Assembly (NCBI GenBank): GCA_964016885.1
Contig: OZ024745.1
Coordinates: forward strand, 134,664,001 to 134,728,000
DNA from: Eledone cirrhosa
Lineage: Eukaryota
Length of the DNA stretch: 64,000 nucleotides
Reading direction: 5' to 3'
The notes beneath the pieces are model-generated. The model ran no database searches and was not told where the DNA came from. It saw nothing but the letters and a program-made list of their open reading frames with translations. Made by a program: the position numbers and the translations under genes. Below are positions 61,201 to 64,000 of this stretch, piece after piece (position 1 is the stretch's first letter; each line of letters starts with the position of its first letter).

Positions 61201-64000
61201 TTAGGGTTAGGGTTAGGGTTAGGGTTAGGGTTAGGGTTAGGGTTAGGGTTAGGGTTAGGGTTAGGGTTAGGGTTAGGGTTAGGGTTAGGGTTAGGGTTAG
61301 GGTTAGGGTTAGGGTTAGGGTTAGGGTTAGGGTTAGGGTTAGGGTTAGGGTTAGGGTTAGGGTTAGGGTTAGGGTTAGGGTTAGGGTTAGGGTTAGGGTT
61401 AGGGTTAGGGTTAGGGTTAGGGTTAGGGTTAGGGTTAGGGTTAGGGTTAGGGTTAGGGTTAGGGTTAGGGTTAGGGTTAGGGTTAGGGTTAGGGTTAGGG
61501 TTAGGGTTAGGGTTAGGGTTAGGGTTAGGGTTAGGGTTAGGGTTAGGGTTAGGGTTAGGGTTAGGGTTAGGGTTAGGGTTAGGGTTAGGGTTAGGGTTAG
61601 GGTTAGGGTTAGGGTTAGGGTTAGGGTTAGGGTTAGGGTTAGGGTTAGGGTTAGGGTTAGGGTTAGGGTTAGGGTTAGGGTTAGGGTTAGGGTTAGGGTT
61701 AGGGTTAGGGTTAGGGTTAGGGTTAGGGTTAGGGTTAGGGTTAGGGTTAGGGTTAGGGTTAGGGTTAGGGTTAGGGTTAGGGTTAGGGTTAGGGTTAGGG
61801 TTAGGGTTAGGGTTAGGGTTAGGGTTAGGGTTAGGGTTAGGGTTAGGGTTAGGGTTAGGGTTAGGGTTAGGGTTAGGGTTAGGGTTAGGGTTAGGGTTAG
61901 GGTTAGGGTTAGGGTTAGGGTTAGGGTTAGGGTTAGGGTTAGGGTTAGGGTTAGGGTTAGGGTTAGGGTTAGGGTTAGGGTTAGGGTTAGGGTTAGGGTT
62001 AGGGTTAGGGTTAGGGTTAGGGTTAGGGTTAGGGTTAGGGTTAGGGTTAGGGTTAGGGTTAGGGTTAGGGTTAGGGTTAGGGTTAGGGTTAGGGTTAGGG
62101 TTAGGGTTAGGGTTAGGGTTAGGGTTAGGGTTAGGGTTAGGGTTAGGGTTAGGGTTAGGGTTAGGGTTAGGGTTAGGGTTAGGGTTAGGGTTAGGGTTAG
62201 GGTTAGGGTTAGGGTTAGGGTTAGGGTTAGGGTTAGGGTTAGGGTTAGGGTTAGGGTTAGGGTTAGGGTTAGGGTTAGGGTTAGGGTTAGGGTTAGGGTT
62301 AGGGTTAGGGTTAGGGTTAGGGTTAGGGTTAGGGTTAGGGTTAGGGTTAGGGTTAGGGTTAGGGTTAGGGTTAGGGTTAGGGTTAGGGTTAGGGTTAGGG
62401 TTAGGGTTAGGGTTAGGGTTAGGGTTAGGGTTAGGGTTAGGGTTAGGGTTAGGGTTAGGGTTAGGGTTAGGGTTAGGGTTAGGGTTAGGGTTAGGGTTAG
62501 GGTTAGGGTTAGGGTTAGGGTTAGGGTTAGGGTTAGGGTTAGGGTTAGGGTTAGGGTTAGGGTTAGGGTTAGGGTTAGGGTTAGGGTTAGGGTTAGGGTT
62601 AGGGTTAGGGTTAGGGTTAGGGTTAGGGTTAGGGTTAGGGTTAGGGTTAGGGTTAGGGTTAGGGTTAGGGTTAGGGTTAGGGTTAGGGTTAGGGTTAGGG
62701 TTAGGGTTAGGGTTAGGGTTAGGGTTAGGGTTAGGGTTAGGGTTAGGGTTAGGGTTAGGGTTAGGGTTAGGGTTAGGGTTAGGGTTAGGGTTAGGGTTAG
62801 GGTTAGGGTTAGGGTTAGGGTTAGGGTTAGGGTTAGGGTTAGGGTTAGGGTTAGGGTTAGGGTTAGGGTTAGGGTTAGGGTTAGGGTTAGGGTTAGGGTT
62901 AGGGTTAGGGTTAGGGTTAGGGTTAGGGTTAGGGTTAGGGTTAGGGTTAGGGTTAGGGTTAGGGTTAGGGTTAGGGTTAGGGTTAGGGTTAGGGTTAGGG
63001 TTAGGGTTAGGGTTAGGGTTAGGGTTAGGGTTAGGGTTAGGGTTAGGGTTAGGGTTAGGGTTAGGGTTAGGGTTAGGGTTAGGGTTAGGGTTAGGGTTAG
63101 GGTTAGGGTTAGGGTTAGGGTTAGGGTTAGGGTTAGGGTTAGGGTTAGGGTTAGGGTTAGGGTTAGGGTTAGGGTTAGGGTTAGGGTTAGGGTTAGGGTT
63201 AGGGTTAGGGTTAGGGTTAGGGTTAGGGTTAGGGTTAGGGTTAGGGTTAGGGTTAGGGTTAGGGTTAGGGTTAGGGTTAGGGTTAGGGTTAGGGTTAGGG
63301 TTAGGGTTAGGGTTAGGGTTAGGGTTAGGGTTAGGGTTAGGGTTAGGGTTAGGGTTAGGGTTAGGGTTAGGGTTAGGGTTAGGGTTAGGGTTAGGGTTAG
63401 GGTTAGGGTTAGGGTTAGGGTTAGGGTTAGGGTTAGGGTTAGGGTTAGGGTTAGGGTTAGGGTTAGGGTTAGGGTTAGGGTTAGGGTTAGGGTTAGGGTT
63501 AGGGTTAGGGTTAGGGTTAGGGTTAGGGTTAGGGTTAGGGTTAGGGTTAGGGTTAGGGTTAGGGTTAGGGTTAGGGTTAGGGTTAGGGTTAGGGTTAGGG
63601 TTAGGGTTAGGGTTAGGGTTAGGGTTAGGGTTAGGGTTAGGGTTAGGGTTAGGGTTAGGGTTAGGGTTAGGGTTAGGGTTAGGGTTAGGGTTAGGGTTAG
63701 GGTTAGGGTTAGGGTTAGGGTTAGGGTTAGGGTTAGGGTTAGGGTTAGGGTTAGGGTTAGGGTTAGGGTTAGGGTTAGGGTTAGGGTTAGGGTTAGGGTT
63801 AGGGTTAGGGTTAGGGTTAGGGTTAGGGTTAGGGTTAGGGTTAGGGTTAGGGTTAGGGTTAGGGTTAGGGTTAGGGTTAGGGTTAGGGTTAGGGTTAGGG
63901 TTAGGGTTAGGGTTAGGGTTAGGGTTAGGGTTAGGGTTAGGGTTAGGGTTAGGGTTAGGGTTAGGGTTAGGGTTAGGGTTAGGGTTAGGGTTTAGGGTTA
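52260..64000 (+). repeat. Telomere (TTAGGG)n, ~11.7 kb, to window end
   Basis: Continuous TTAGGG; only interruptions seen are TTACGGG (60456-60462) and TTTAGGG (63991-63997). Confidence 0.99.

Noticed and set aside
52104-63995. 3,963-aa GL/RV ORF
   Set aside because: Translation of telomere repeats; the frame switch is the C at 60459. No evidence of a gene.

Overview
Eukaryotic chromosome end with no intact protein-coding gene that I can support. The last ~11.9 kb is a telomere: 26 variant hexamers (24 TTGGGG, 2 CTGGGG) followed by about 1,950 near-perfect TTAGGG units, G-rich strand running toward the end. Upstream is repeat-dominated subtelomere in four zones. (1) 1-7755: about 2.3 almost identical copies of a 3,340-bp unit built from RTE-type LINE fragments and a SINE-like element. 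(2) 7.8-28.5 kb: decayed transposons (Helitron Rep/helicase pieces, non-autonomous Helitrons, Tx1/L1-like and R4-like LINE fragments, tRNA-derived SINEs, a TIR element, a palindrome, microsatellites, a TATTATGTGTG satellite). (3) 28.5-50 kb: four mosaic ~4.2-5.3 kb units that appear to be LINE-invaded A/B dimers of an older ~1.2-kb monomer carrying a ~500-bp fold-back module. (4) 50.5-52.1 kb: an AT-rich zone with alternating inverted ~130-bp repeats and a reiterated GTTGTYTCCCCTT motif. The repeat content resembles a cephalopod-like invertebrate genome (inference, not verified). All alignments were done by eye; most long ORFs in the track are repeat artefacts.
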